64,000 nt of DNA from Eledone cirrhosa (GCA_964016885.1 OZ024742.1:102300001-102364000); one strand, 5' to 3'. Positions 40,342-54,655 are shown, counted from the stretch's first letter. Numbers and translations: made by a program. Notes: generated by a model from the letters alone, not told the origin.

Positions 40342-40519
40342 TGTTTCTACTTTTGGCACAAGGCCAGCAATAACCCAGTGTATTACTGGTACTTTATTTT
40401 ATCGACCCCATAAGGATGAAAGGCAAAGTTAACCTCGGCGGGATTTGAGCTCAGAATGGCAAGGGCCGTAACTCTATGCGTCAAAGCATGGCGTCCGACC
40501 CTCTACCGATACTGCCAAT
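40342..40519 (-). mobile_element. tRNA-derived SINE
   Basis: Minus strand: A box TGGCAGTATCGG, B-box-like GAGCTCAAATCC, conserved body GCCTTTCATCCTT..GGGGTCGATAAAATAAAGTACCAG. Multiple copies in the window. Confidence 0.8.
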
Positions 40520-40887
40520 GTGACAAGGTTGGACCTTTGACTTACAGGTACAGAGCACTAAACACTGTTTTTTAGACCCCTTTAGAAATATCCTGCTACT
40601 ATAATAACCCCAATAACTTGTCTGTAATTCTGTACTACATTGACCCCTTTAACTAAATTTTGCCCAAACAACATCACTAGAAGAATTTACTTCCCCCGCC
40701 AACCCTAACACGCCTCATTTGGCTAACTGCTGCCAAAACATTTTCTTCTTTACAATCTCTACTACTCTGACAGTCTTGAATTCTAAGACTCCCTCCCCCT
40801 TACTCACTTCCCCCTTCCTCTCCCTTCCTACCTCCTACTTTCTCTCGTATCTAGTGTATAAAATATTTTCCTATCATTCTACCATAA

Positions 40888-41004
40888 AGGTCTGACGACA
40901 TGGTGTGTTCTCTTACAGTGTACCTACGATTTATGATAATATTTTTATATTATACAAATAGCGAGGTATAGGTAACCCACACACTATAGAAACAATTGTT
41001 ACCT
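40888..41004 (+). ncRNA. Type I hammerhead ribozyme with an approximately 90-nt stem II
   Basis: AGGT-CTGACGA-CATGGTGTG...CACACTATA-GAAA-CAATTG-TT-ACCT. Confidence 0.7.
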
Positions 41005-41159
41005 AATATATTCTTTATACCCGCATTTCCGTTTCATAAACTTCTTCATATTTTCTCCGGATTTTAAAGCATATTTTATTATACGTTGAGCAATCTCCGA
41101 CGTCGGTTGACTCCATCCAATGCGACTACCTAGTAACATTGGAGTACTGATTTATTAAT

Positions 41160-41196
<37 letters not shown>

Positions 41197-41199
41197 CAA

Positions 41200-41550
41200 C
41201 GTGACAGAAGATGATCTCTGACTTGCACTTGATAGGTTTGATGCTGAGTGCTTCAAGGCTGGAATGAAAATCCGTGCTGCAAAAAAAAAAGAGATCACAG
41301 CTCCGATTCTATGGGCATTTGGTTAGAATATCTCAGGAAAGAATCCCTGGATTGAATTTACAGGCAAAACCAAGAGACCCAGGGGTAGACCCTGAAGAAG
41401 ATGGTTGGATAATATCCATGATCTTCGCTGATCTCGTTTGGGGATCTCGTTTGGGGATTCAGCCGGATCAGTTGGAAACGGTTGCTTCTGACTGGACCCG
41501 CTGGAAGGAGTGTTTGAGGGCTCTTCCCCCAAGATCCTCTCAGGAATAAG
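41200..41550 (+). pseudogene. Degraded RTE-clade LINE 3' fragment
   Basis: GMKI..K followed by QLRFYGHLVRI, RPRGRP*RRWLDNI (shifted frame) and A.DWTRWK. Confidence 0.65.
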
Positions 41551-41659
41551 TGGACCAAGAAAAAGAAGCTTCTTCCATTTGTGCCTCTTCCGCGCTTGTC
41601 TCAAATTAATAATAAAATGATATAATATGCACTTTGTTTGTTATGTTTTGACACTCACC

Positions 41660-41728
41660 CACCTCGGTCCGTGTAGAAATTGTCTTGCATGACACGAGTC
41701 CTTGGCGCAAAAAGTTTGGAGAGCGCTG
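41660..41728 (+). mobile_element. hAT/Charlie (MER1-like) DNA transposon right end, degenerate
   Basis: GGTCCGTG..AAATTGTCTT.CA.GA.AC..GTCC.TGG.GC.AAAAAG.TTGG.GA.CGCTG resembles the MER1/Charlie terminus as I recall it. A second terminus GGTTGGGGACCGCTG lies near 43057. Confidence 0.5.
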
Positions 41729-42289
41729 ATTTAAAACACATGATCAAATGTCGAATAATATCTATGAGCCGATCACTGACAGTCTTCCATTGTAGCTATG
41801 CCAGTCAGTGACCTACATTTGTGTTAGTAACCTGCATTTTGCCAGCAGGTCACTGACATACATTTAACTAAGGCCTCCAGCTGCCTAAAGCGCACCCCAA
41901 TGGTGATTTCCCCCCTCGACCTTTCATCTGCCACTGACAAGACAAGATAAGTGCCGAATGGGAAATAGATTTCTTTCAAACCAAACCCATAACACTATTA
42001 AATATAACTTATCAAAATTTGTTTATTTGCAATGAAATAGCAGTAAACAGGATAACTAAACAAATTATTCACTTGAGCAACAGAAAAAAAGGCAAATTTG
42101 AATTTATATTTTTTTAAAGTAAACTGTATGTATGAAATTATAACTCTTGGTAGAGTCGTTGAGGCTGTGTAATGACATGCAGCGTACCTTGGGCATTTTA
42201 AACCTGGCAGATCCCGTCCCTCTCTCCACGTCTGAACATAGCCGAATTCTCCCTGAGAAAAGGAGTGTGTGTGTATGTGTAATAGAGAG

Positions 42290-42437
42290 AAAAAGATATA
42301 AAGGAAGAATAGATCCCAGTACTGGTCGGGTATATTTTTATTACCCTCGAAGGAATGAAATGTAAAGTTGACCTCGACGAATTTTTAACTAAGAGCGCAA
42401 AGTATCCAATATTCTAACGGTTTTGCCAATTCGCCGT
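42290..42437 (-). mobile_element. Degenerate SINE copy (another partial copy at about 42890-42990)
   Basis: GAAGGAATGAAATGTAAAGTTGACCTCG...CTAACGGTTTTGCCAAT aligns with 40342-40519. Confidence 0.6.
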
Positions 42438-42574
42438 CAAGGGTAAAATACAAATACAAAAATCTATTGAAAATGATTCCTTTAGAAATCGTTGCTGGGG
42501 GTCAATGTTTATCAAAAAATATTCTGAAGGAGAAATATAATTATTTGTACAAAATAAAACATTGATTCTTAGCC

Positions 42575-42605
<31 letters not shown>

Positions 42606-43109
42606 ATCATTTCAAGATAAAAGGATGAAAAAATACAAAATAATGCTTGTTGTTGCCTATTTATAACTTTATTTATACTCGAACCTTTTTTGAGACCAAA
42701 CAGCCTCAAACTGCCTCAGGTTCTATGAGTCAAAACTGTTTATTTTAAAGAGTTTGAAGAGAACGTTAGTTATATTACTAAATCCCGTGAATTTGTTTTT
42801 ATTATTTTCAAAGTTATATGGAAATCGTATGCCGTGTGTTTCATTAAAAATATAGAAAAATATAGAAAATTATCTTGATTTATAATTTAGGTATAAGGCC
42901 AGAAAATGTTGATTAAGTCAATCCCAATACTTGACATGTACTTTATTTTATCGACCCCAGAAGGATGAAAAGCAAAGTTGACCTCGGATATAAAACATCC
43001 GGTAAACCGCGATAGTCAATAAAATGGGGACAAAAAAGTTTTTATTCTTTTCGTACGGTTGGGGACCGCTGTTTTATATGACTTTCATGGCATTCACGTA
43101 ATGCAGAGT

Positions 43110-43330
43110 TGCTGAAATTATCCAAATACCGGAACTTAACCGACCGCTTCCTTTTAGTGCCAGTCATCGTCGAGACCTCTGGTGTCCTTGGTCCTTAAAC
43201 TGCCGTTTTTCTCCGTAAATTTGGGAGGAGTGTATCCCGCTTGGGGAAGGCGCCTCGTGAGGTTGAGTAGTTCATGAAGCGGATGTTGTTGATTGTTCTT
43301 CGTGGCAGTGCCTTCACCATGCTGTCCACG
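43110..43330 (+). pseudogene. Fragment of a CRE-like non-LTR retrotransposon restriction-like endonuclease C-terminus
   Basis: KYRNLTDRFLLVPVIVETSGVLGP*TAVFLRKFG...RE...FMKRMLLIVLRGSA fits the F.P...ET.G..G...RGNA pattern. Confidence 0.55.
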
Positions 43331-44348
43331 GGGCACAGCTAAGACATACTGCCTGGACTGGGGTGTAGTGTCAGCTACTCCCTTCCTTCTCCCTCTTATT
43401 TTCATCATTTAATTTTTCCCCCTTTTTTTCTTTATTGCAAACATTATATAATTTAATTTAAATTTCTTGAATACACTTTCTACGATTGTTTGCGCTAAAC
43501 AAAAATGAACTACTGGTAGTGTCAAGAGGTCAGGCTTCTGCCTGCTACTGGTACCATATAACCCAGTACAACCTGCTTCATAGTCAAGTGGTCGGTGACT
43601 AAACTGGTTCCCTCACCAGACCAGGGTCTGTTGAGGAGAGTAAGTGGAACCCCAGTAGCACAAAAAAAAAACAAGAACTGTAAAAAGTGTGGATGAACTC
43701 CTCAGAGTTAACAGCCATCCACCCCAACTATGGGTTAAATAGCTTCACCAACCCGCAATTGTCCAAGCGTGGTGAGTACGGCTACACCACTGAAGACATG
43801 ACCAAAGCCAAGTAGAAAGCGCTGGAGGTCAACCAGGGAAAGGTTCCTCCAACAAGAGTGAGAAGGCCCTGGATTGTACTGAAGTTTCAACACGATCTCA
43901 AAACAAGTCACTTGACAAAGTAACACAACTCCGTAGTTTACCATCTGTTTACTAAGACGTACAATGTTCCATTATTTTATTCGATCTTTAAAGTACTGCG
44001 AATAGATGATAATTAGGTTAAGCAGAAGGCATTAAATACAGTAAACTGTCAACAAAACTCATTAACAAACAGAGCTGCAGGTCACTGACACAGATGCAGT
44101 GGAATAGTGGTCAGTGACCGGATCGTTGATATACGATATATTTTATCGTGGAAATACAATATTCTGAAAGAATAACTTATATTTAACTTTCAACTATATT
44201 GCACGAATGCATAAAACCATTTTGTACACAAGACCAGATAATGGTATACAAACGAATTTAGTTCGGTAGTACCGATCTTTTGTCTCTTCTCTCATCTCAC
44301 CTGCTGTTGGCTAAAAGAAGGAGTGCTTTGTTTAGAGTGCAGTAATAT

Positions 44349-44384
<36 letters not shown>

Positions 44385-44387
<3 letters not shown>

Positions 44388-44557
44388 TCCCGGGTTTAAT
44401 CGGGGGTGACCACAGTAAGTAAAGTAGTCAATACATTAGTAGAGTATATACAAAATTTAATATAGAAATGGCTTCTACAGGACTAGAACTATTTCATTCG
44501 AAGGAAATCCTGATGATTTCCTTCGAATGAAACAGTTCTAGTCATGTAGAAGCTATT
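44385..44557. mobile_element. Short pseudo-LTR fold-back of the 8506-9100 family, with the inversion junction inside the hammerhead core
   Basis: 44471-44509 is the reverse complement of about 44514-44553; the plus arm starts at CTGATGA (44510). Confidence 0.7.
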
Positions 44558-44626
44558 TATATATATATATATATTAGGAAAAGAAATTGAAAATGCAACT
44601 GAAGTCTTTTAAGAATATTTATTTAT

Positions 44627-44668
44627 TTACTTGACAGGTTTCACAGTTCTTATAATTTTCAAAAGTAA
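44627..44668 (-). ncRNA. Degenerate hammerhead, U3-A8 core variant
   Basis: Minus strand: TTACTT-TTGAAAA-(weak stem II)-GAAA-CCTG-TC-AAGTAA. Confidence 0.55.
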
Positions 44669-44823
44669 AATTGAGATGGATGGTTTGTGTTTCTGCGAGA
44701 CAAACCACAACAGAAACACAAGCCCTCCATCAATTTCTTTTCCTTATACTTTCACCCGTGTAGGACATGTTTTTTTTGTGTGTTTTTTCTAACCCCCCCC
44801 CCCCCTATTTTCTTATATATATA

Positions 44824-45020
44824 CACGAGGGTCGGCTGAAAAGTTCATAGGCTGACTATGAAGTAGTGATGCTAGAGCTGTGAAATCTTGCGCACATTTC
44901 AACTCTTCTTATTAATAAGTGCATTGTTTCTTTCCAAGGACTGTGTTGAAAAATAGACCTCATTTGGTCATTCCATGAGAGTATCTTGGTCAGCCTATGA
45001 ACTTTTCAGCCAAGCGTCGT

Positions 45021-45021
<1 letters not shown>
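44824..45021. mobile_element. Tc1/mariner-type MITE
   Basis: About 33-bp imperfect TIRs CACGAGGGTCGGCTGAAAAGTTCATAGGCTGAC / GTCAGCCTATGAACTTTTCAGCCAAGCGTCGTG, with TA on both sides. Confidence 0.8.
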
Positions 45022-45082
<61 letters not shown>

Positions 45083-45149
45083 CGTGTATGTGTATATATA
45101 TATATATATATATATGTCGTGTATGTGTGTATATATATATATATGTCGT

Positions 45150-45183
<34 letters not shown>

Positions 45184-45950
45184 TATTCGATTTGTGCTAT
45201 CTATGCAATTTTCTGTATGATATACACATACTGAATTCATTTGCCAAAATCTGGGGAATTTCCCCTTGTGAGTTACACATGTGCCTTTACGAGGTTCTGC
45301 GTCACTCACAAAGTTGGTTAAAGAGCAAAATACCTGTTGATAACGTGATATTCCTTGTTCGATCTTTATGCTGAAAGTTTATAGTTTTAAGCAGACAGTA
45401 TTATTGATTTAGGTGTCATAGAAACCCTGCATTTGGATTTTACCATCAATTCCACTTGGGTCCAGGTCTGTTTAAATCATTTATTTTGTTTGACCTGTTT
45501 AGCTTGACTTGTTTTTTGTCTTAGGTGGTTAATGCCTTATTGACCACTTTTCAGTTTGTATGGCGTTTTAACATATTGTTTAGCTCTAGTTTTCTTAACG
45601 ATTGGAGCGCTTGCCAGCATTTCTACAATTTTGCGTTTCGTTTCGCTTTTTCTACCAGCCGAAATACGATTCTCGCTGAATATATATTTATATATATATA
45701 TATATACACACACATACACGACATATAATTAGCGATAATAACAATAGTAATTGAGAATAACAATAACAATAATTTAAACACATATTGTAGAACACCTACA
45801 AATATTAACAATGATAATATGAACAGTTTAGATTATAGAAATAGCATGAAATTGAATTGTAACTGTAGAAGGAAATCCGAATGCTCTTTACAAAATAACT
45901 GCCTTGATAAGAATTTAGTATATAAATGTACCATTAAAACAAATAATAAT

Positions 45951-46135
45951 TGTTTCTACTATTGGCACAAGGCCAGCAATTACCCCAGTACATTACTGGT
46001 ACTTTATTTTATCGACTCCGTAAGGATGAAAGGCAAAGTTAACCTCGGCAGGATTTGAACTCACACCATAAAGGGGCGTAACTCTATGCTGCAAAGCATG
46101 GCGTTCGACCCTCTACCGATACTGCCAATCCACCG
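45951..46135 (-). mobile_element. tRNA-derived SINE with a 20-bp flanking duplication
   Basis: CCATTAAAACAAATAATAAT at 45931-45950 and 46136-46155; A and B boxes on the minus strand. Confidence 0.85.
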
Positions 46136-46155
46136 CCATTAAAACAAATAATAAT

Positions 46156-46335
46156 TGTTTCTACTTTTGGCACAAGGCCATCAATTACCCAGTGTAATAC
46201 TGGTACTTTATTTTATCGACCCCATAAGGATGAAAGGCAAAGTTAACCTCGGCGGGATTTGAACTCAGAATGGCAAGGGCCGTAACTCTATACGTCAAAG
46301 CTTGGCGTCCGACCCTCTACCGATACTGCCAATCC
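46156..46335 (-). mobile_element. tRNA-derived SINE
   Basis: Near-identical to 40342-40519; B box GAGTTCAAATCC. Confidence 0.85.
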
Positions 46336-47971
46336 ACAACTACATAGGTGCAACTTCATCGAACTTTAAACTTCGCTTTTACAATCATAAACATTCTTTT
46401 TCTAATCCAGATAAAAAATGTTCCACTTCATTATCACAAGTAATATGGTCTTTAAAAGAGAAAAATATGAAATACTCAATTTCTTGGGTTAAGCTTAGAA
46501 ACTCTGAATCCTATCGGAACGATTCCATTTCACCAAACTGCAATCTTTGTAATTTGGAGACTCTATTAATAATTGCTAATTATGGTAATTTAATTAATAA
46601 AAAAAAGTGAGTTATTTTCAAATTGCCTCCATAAATCTACATAAACATTTCAAGCATCATATAAATTTAGGAAAAAACATTGACTGAGGAAGAAAAGATA
46701 TTGACTTTTATTAATAATTCTTGTTTTTATTTGTATTATGTAAAATGTTTTACCTCACCTTAGGAAATGCATATCGGTTCTTTTATATAGTAAGTTAATC
46801 TCTTGATTGACTAAATACCTTTAGTTGGGTTTTGAATCCTCATTTTATGTCTTGAATTTTCTAAATTTGAGATCTGAAATACCTTCAGGCTTTCAAACCT
46901 TTTAGTTAATTTAAATGTTTAGATATATTGTACAGAGCTCATTTGTTTACTTTTATCGTGTATAATTTTCGTTTTATCCAAATTGATTAATAATCTGTAT
47001 TTAATTTCATCTATAGTATTGAATACAAGATTTGGTTGAATCGAAATAATAATACTTTCAAGAATAAATATAACTAATAATTAATCCTATATGTAATTGA
47101 CAACTATTGATTTAAATAGTATTGTTTATAATATTTATAATTCTAAACATTATATAAAGTGCATATACAGATGTTGATATGCAATTAAGTTATGATAAAT
47201 ACTCTCATACTTATTTACTATATTTGTAAACATCATTGGTACTTAACAATGTTTCAGACTTTGAATTTTGTAACTAAATATTGAATATATTCATTAATTT
47301 AACTATGCTCTCCTGATTATCATCGAAAATATTTTATATTGTTTAATTTTGATATAATATAATAGTATAATTTGCTCAAATATAACCAAATACAATAGAT
47401 TAAAATTTCACGGCATTTAATTGATCGCTTCTACCTGACTTAATATTTGAAGAAAAAAAAACGGTCACGCATCATGTCCCTTTCTTCTTTCTTTCTTTAT
47501 ATCTCTTTTCCTTATGCAGTTATATATTCTATCATCTCTATCTCCCTCTCCCTTCTTTTTATCTTCATCTTTTTATCTTTATCCCTGTTCTCTTCTATTT
47601 AGCACTCTCTCTCTTTTGTCTTTTTCTCTAACACGGATATTTACATATATAAATATTTAAATATTTAACATTTATATACTTATGTGTTTGTTTATTTACT
47701 TATTCTATACTTTCTCCTACTCAGCCACTCCTAATACTTATATCTCGCTACTTACCCCTCTCCATCATATTTAGTTTCTCACACTATTACTTGTGGTATA
47801 TAAATATTGAGTTTTGTTGTAATAAATCACAGCCAAGACTGGAATTGAACCATCAGCACAGTTGAGGTATGTCATACATCAATTTATGTATTTTATCTGA
47901 TGAGGACGTACTGAAAAAACACTTCAAATATTACCTTTTAAAAATTGATTAATTTTGAATATATATATATA

Positions 47972-48019
<48 letters not shown>

Positions 48020-48022
<3 letters not shown>

Positions 48023-48232
48023 TAGCAGTATTTCATTTGAAGGTCAGAAAGAACGCTTCGCGGTATTCGTTCCGGCGCTTCGTGGTTTTCGTTCCGGCTC
48101 TTCGCGGTATTCGTTCCGGCTCTTCGCGGTATTCGTTCTTGCTGTTTGCGGTATTCGTTCCGGCTCTTTGCTCTCTGAGTTCAAATCCCGCTGAATTCAA
48201 CTTTGCCTTTTATCCTTTCGTGACCGATAAAT
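48020..48232 (+). mobile_element. SINE copy with an internally amplified 22-bp unit
   Basis: About 5 copies of CGGTATTCGTTCCGGCTCTTCG, then GAGTTCAAATCCCGC...CTTTGCCTTT.ATCCTTTCG..GATAAA. Confidence 0.7.
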
Positions 48233-48673
48233 TGCCCATGACATGTCGTATGTCACCACGGCGCACCTAAAACTCCACTAGGAGTTACGGGTTCACACTC
48301 ACACACATATATACCATTGGTGGCCTATTTTAGTAATCGTCTCAGGGTGTGCACTATGCTACCCAGCGTATTATAAACGATACTTAAATATTTGACTATA
48401 AATGCGCATTCGAAAGAAATAACGAGCAGCTTATTTTCTTATGATACTGCAGCCGAAAACCGCTCTGACGTGAGTGAAGGGTTTATCACCCTGACCCCTT
48501 CAACCGGTCTTTCGTTGCTTACGAATCCTAGCCTTTTCCTTCCTTTTCCATTCTTTTATAGTTTCAAGAATTTTCAAATTTGCCTTTCAGAGATTTCAAG
48601 TACAGTAAGTGGATTTATCATTTCATATCTAGCACTACCAATCATCCATCAAGCTCAACATTAAAATTCCGGT

Positions 48674-48850
48674 GCAATTTAAATTCAAAAATTAAAATCA
48701 TATTAAAACAGAATCAAAGCAAAATTAAAATTAAAATACAATATCGGCAGTTTACGTAGATTATCTACGTAAACTGCCGATGTTGTATTTTAATTTTAAT
48801 TTTGCTTTGATTCTGTTTTAATATGATTTTAATTTTTGAATTTAAATTGC
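48674..48850. repeat. Near-perfect 177-bp palindrome
   Basis: 88-bp arms centred on TAGAT-T-ATCTA. Confidence 0.9.
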
Positions 48851-48964
48851 CATTCAGAAATATTATAATGGATGTCACCCCACTGTGCATCAATATATAC
48901 ATATGTATCTGTATGTCTCTTGTGTTGGAAAGGAGGTCATGTATGTAAACAAACATTGAAAAAT

Positions 48965-49009
48965 GCTCCGAAGACTCCAAACCTCGGTTTGGATGAAACA
49001 ATTGTAAGC
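48965..49009 (+). ncRNA. Hammerhead-like motif with U4C core
   Basis: GCT-CCGAAGA-CTCCAAAC(ctcg)GTTTGGAT-GAAA-CAATTG-TA-AGC, then AATAAA. Confidence 0.7.
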
Positions 49010-49187
49010 TAATAAATGGTTTGAACAGAACTTTGATCCATGTGAATTCTATATATTTATATATATTTATTTTTCCCATATCTTATGTTAACTATTTTCC
49101 CATTTTGACGCTATAGTCACATATATGTTATGGAATACTGTTAGCTTCTCGCTACAACAATTTCTATACTTTTCATTTATATATGTA

Positions 49188-49227
<40 letters not shown>

Positions 49228-49242
49228 ATAGGAACCAGTAAG

Positions 49243-49336
49243 ACCCCGACAGCTGAGCTCAAGCCGTTTCGACGGCTAATTCTGGACTAAATGAAAATTT
49301 ATCCTGGTATTTAAATAGCCGATCTTCTCAAGGGGT
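49243..49336 (-). ncRNA. Type I hammerhead ribozyme, U3-A8 core variant, full stem III
   Basis: Minus strand: ACCCC-TTGAGAA-GATCGGCTA...TAGCCGTC-GAA-ACGGC(ttgagctca)GCTGT-C-GGGGT. Confidence 0.8.
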
Positions 49337-49831
49337 AATTCCATATATGGTCAAAGTGATTGTCAAAAATCAGTAGTAATTCTGTGGTTGCAAATTAGTA
49401 GGGGAGATGGTGGCTAAACCAGCCAGTAGGAGAAAGAGGGGAGGGGGTGGAGTAGCCCCAATCAAGCGTTTGTAGTGCCAGCTACAGCTGGGCATGAGGT
49501 CAAAGAAGATACAAGGGAGGGGGAGGGGGAGGAAGTCGGAACGGTAGGTAGAACAATGGGGGGTAGAAATATATAGGAAAGAGAGTGAAGAAAAGCAAAT
49601 AAGTGTAAAGAAAAACAAATGAGTGTAAAGAAAAAAGTAAAGTAAATTAAATTCTACGACCTAGGTCTCTAGCTATTAATAGTCTGGAATAAATAAATAA
49701 ATAAAGAAAGAAAGAAGTAAAGAAAGAAATAAAGAAATAACGAAATAAGTAAAAAAAATATATATTTATATATATATATATTTATATATTTATATATATA
49801 TATAGTATATATATATATATATATATATATA

Positions 49832-49883
<52 letters not shown>

Positions 49884-49962
49884 ATTTATATATTTATATA
49901 TTTATATATATATAGTATATATATATAGTATATATTTATATATATATTTATATATATATATA

Positions 49963-51597
49963 TTAGCTAAGATCTTTCTTTCCCTTATTACGAAGCATTT
50001 TCCCCCTACACATAAATATAGTAAAATTTTTAATAGAAATACTATTAAAATTTCTTACTCTACGACTCCTAACCTTGCACATAACATCACAGCTTCAAAT
50101 TTAGCTAAACTACCTAGCCGTAGGAACACGTGCAACTCTGTAGTTAGTACTGACTGTAATTGTAGGAATCGGCTGATTGCCCCCTATCCGGGAAATGCCT
50201 CTCTAGTAACATTGTCTACAAATGTAAGGTTGTAACACCCACGTCCCGTAGGGCCTACATAGGGTTAACCGCCAATAGTTTCAAGCAGCGTCTTTACATG
50301 CATACCCATTCTTTTCGTTACCCTCTAAGAAGGAATATGACGTCCTCTTTCAGCTTATATCTGGAGTCTAAAAGACAACCACACCCAATATAAGTTACAC
50401 TGGGAGATCCTAGCTAGGGCTAGATCGTATAACGGAAATAAAAGACCATGTGACCTCTGCGCCGCTGAGGCCCTGGAAATACTCTACGCCACAGACCACA
50501 TCTTAAACAAAAAATCTGAGGCAATTTCGGCTTGTAAACATAAATTGCACAAAACTTTCCTGTATTACAGCCCCACGTTATACCCTAACGGATAGCACGA
50601 TCTATACGTGGATATTTTACGTCTTGATGTGGGAGCTAAGTATATGTTTTGTTTATTCCTTTACTTATTTGCATAGGTAAGTATATATTACCCGTATGTT
50701 TTGTGAAGGTATGTATACCTTCTCTTACGTATATTTGACTGTTATGGCGTATAATTTTTACATATTCTGGTATTTAGGGTTTGGCTAGGTGTATACGGGA
50801 GTTTTGCGTCTGCGTGTGTATGCAGGTTCGTAAGTATGGTGGGTGTGTGCATATGTGTACTTCTTGTTTTAGTTGACTTACGTCTCCGAACATTCGTGTA
50901 TTTATTTGTAGGTATGTGTGTGCGCTTGTTATATACGTATTTATTTACTTATATACGTTTATATAATTATTTATTTATTTGTACACAAGCATACACACAC
51001 ACACATATTTATATGTGCGTGGTTTTGTATACCTATGGTAAGGTTTTGCGTATGCGTGCGTATGTAGGTATCTATTTGCGTGTATGTATTTATTTGTTTC
51101 TATTACTTCTGTATTGTATTTATTTACTTTGTTCTTAACTCTGTAGCGGAGATTCATTTGGTCTCCTAGTTAGAATTTTAGTCTACGACTTCTGCTATAC
51201 CATTTACGTGGTTTTGTCTTTGCATGCTATCGTTCTCTATGCTCCACATATGACTTATTATCTTCGTTTTTTCGTTCATTGCCAGAGAACGTCTCTATGC
51301 ACCACCTAAGAGAACATTAGTCTACGACCTCTTTTATACCATAAACGTGGTTCTGTCTTTGCGCGTAATTGTTTTTCACCGCTCTATTAATGACGTATTA
51401 TTCGTTTTTTCCCGTTCTTTGCCAGCGAACGTTACCACGAACCAAAGTATCGTCTTCCTGTCTTCCTCCGGTTGCAACGTTTTTTGAAATACCCAGTTCC
51501 GCGTTTACAGATTGACTTTGTTAGTTTCAGAAGATCCCGTTAAGGGTGAAAGCAGCGATTCTTTGCTTAAACTTTAATCTGTTATTTTAATAAATAT
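49963..51597 (+). mobile_element. 5'-truncated PLE (family G): frameshifted linker plus GIY-YIG (49963-50595), 3' UTR, U4A hammerhead at 51523-51573
   Basis: HFPPTHKYSKIFNRNTIKISYSTTPN, CNCRN, CPL, IVY...YIG, FKQR, CDLCAAE, LNKKSE...CKHK. Confidence 0.85.
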
Positions 51598-53004
<1,407 letters not shown>

Positions 53005-53121
53005 AATAAGTTGAAAAAAATGAAAACGAAATTTCATTTCTCACTCTTAGTTTGGCACTTACTTAAATGTAAGTATGTATGTATACGTACATACATATAT
53101 GTATACAGACGTACAGTAGCA

Positions 53122-53177
<56 letters not shown>

Positions 53178-53602
53178 CATACAGGTACACATACATATAT
53201 GCACGCATCAGTTTAGCGGACGATTGTCGCTTTGTTCGTTTGTCAACAAACTGATCAGACTGAATTTATGCCATACGGTGTTAAGGCAACCACGTCACCT
53301 TTTTTGTTCAACACTGACACAGGAACGATGTACTAGTTTCAAGCTTGTTAGCTATCATCAGCACCGTTTACCCATCTGCCAGATAGTTGAACGTTCGAAA
53401 GTATATACTTTCCTTATGAAAATTAACGGCTGAGCAGCCTAATTTGCATATTGAGTGAGTTAAATCGGTCATGCATACCGAAAACGATAAGTTGAAAAAA
53501 ATGAAAACGAAATTTCATTTCTCACTCTTAGTATGGCACTTACTTAAATGTAAGTATGTATGTATACGTACATACATATATGTATACAGACGTACAGTAG
53601 CA

Positions 53603-53686
<84 letters not shown>

Positions 53687-54104
53687 CAGGTACACATACA
53701 AATATATGCACGCATCAGTTTAGCGGACGATTGCCGCTTTGTTCGTTTGTCAACAAACTGAACAGCCTGAATTTATGCCATACGGTGTTAAGGCAACCAC
53801 GTCACCTTTTTGTTCAACACTGACACAGGAACGCTGTACTAGTTTCAAGCTTGTTAGCTATCATCAGCACCGTTTACCCATCTGCCAGATAGTTGAACGT
53901 TCGAAAGTATATACTTTCCTTATGAAAATTAACGGCTGAGCAGCCTAATTTGCATATTGAGTGAGTTAAATCGGTCAGGCATACCGAAAACGATAAGTTG
54001 AAAAAAATGAAAACGAAATTTCATTTCTCACTCTTAGTATGGCACTTACTTAAATGTAAGTATGTATACGTACGTACATATATGTATACAGACGTACAGT
54101 AGCA

Positions 54105-54171
<67 letters not shown>

Positions 54172-54618
54172 TTTTATATATATATATACATACACGTACA
54201 CATACAAATATATGCACGCATCAGTTTAGCGGACGATTGCCGCTTTGTTCGTTTGTCAACAAACTGAACAGCCTGAATTTATGCCATACGGTGTTAAGGC
54301 AACCACATCACCTTTTTGTTCAACACTGACACAGGAACGATGTACTAGTTTCAAGCTTGTTAGCTATCATCAGCACCGTTAACCCATCTGCCAGATAGTT
54401 GAACGTTCGAAAGTATATACTTTCCTTATGAAAATTAACGGCTGAGCAGCCTAATTTGCATATTGACTGAGTTAAATCGGTCAGGCATACCCGAAAACGA
54501 TAAGTTGAAAAAAATGAAAACGAAATTTCATTTCTCACTCTTAGTATGGCACTTACTTAAATGTAAGTATGTATGTATACGTACATACATATATGTATAC
54601 AGACGTACAGTAGCATGC

Positions 54619-54655
<37 letters not shown>

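Larger units (their letters stand above)
45725..47960 (+). mobile_element. 5'-truncated PLE (linker plus GIY-YIG, then 3' UTR) interrupted by two SINEs
   Basis: CNCRRKSECSLQNNCLDKNLVYKC [SINEs] HNYIGATSSNFKLRFYNH...CNLCNLE...LINKK. Decayed CTGATGA...GAAA near 47897. Confidence 0.8.

Noticed and set aside
40430-40519. tRNA gene (A and B boxes)
   Set aside because: No cloverleaf; it is the tRNA-derived head of a multi-copy SINE.
43520-43945. GC-richer segment resembling a retroelement 5' UTR
   Set aside because: No motif or second copy in the window to support a call.
47890-47935. CTGATGAGGACGTACTGAAA hammerhead remnant
   Set aside because: Core present at the expected 3' UTR position, but stem III and stem I cannot be formed; not counted.
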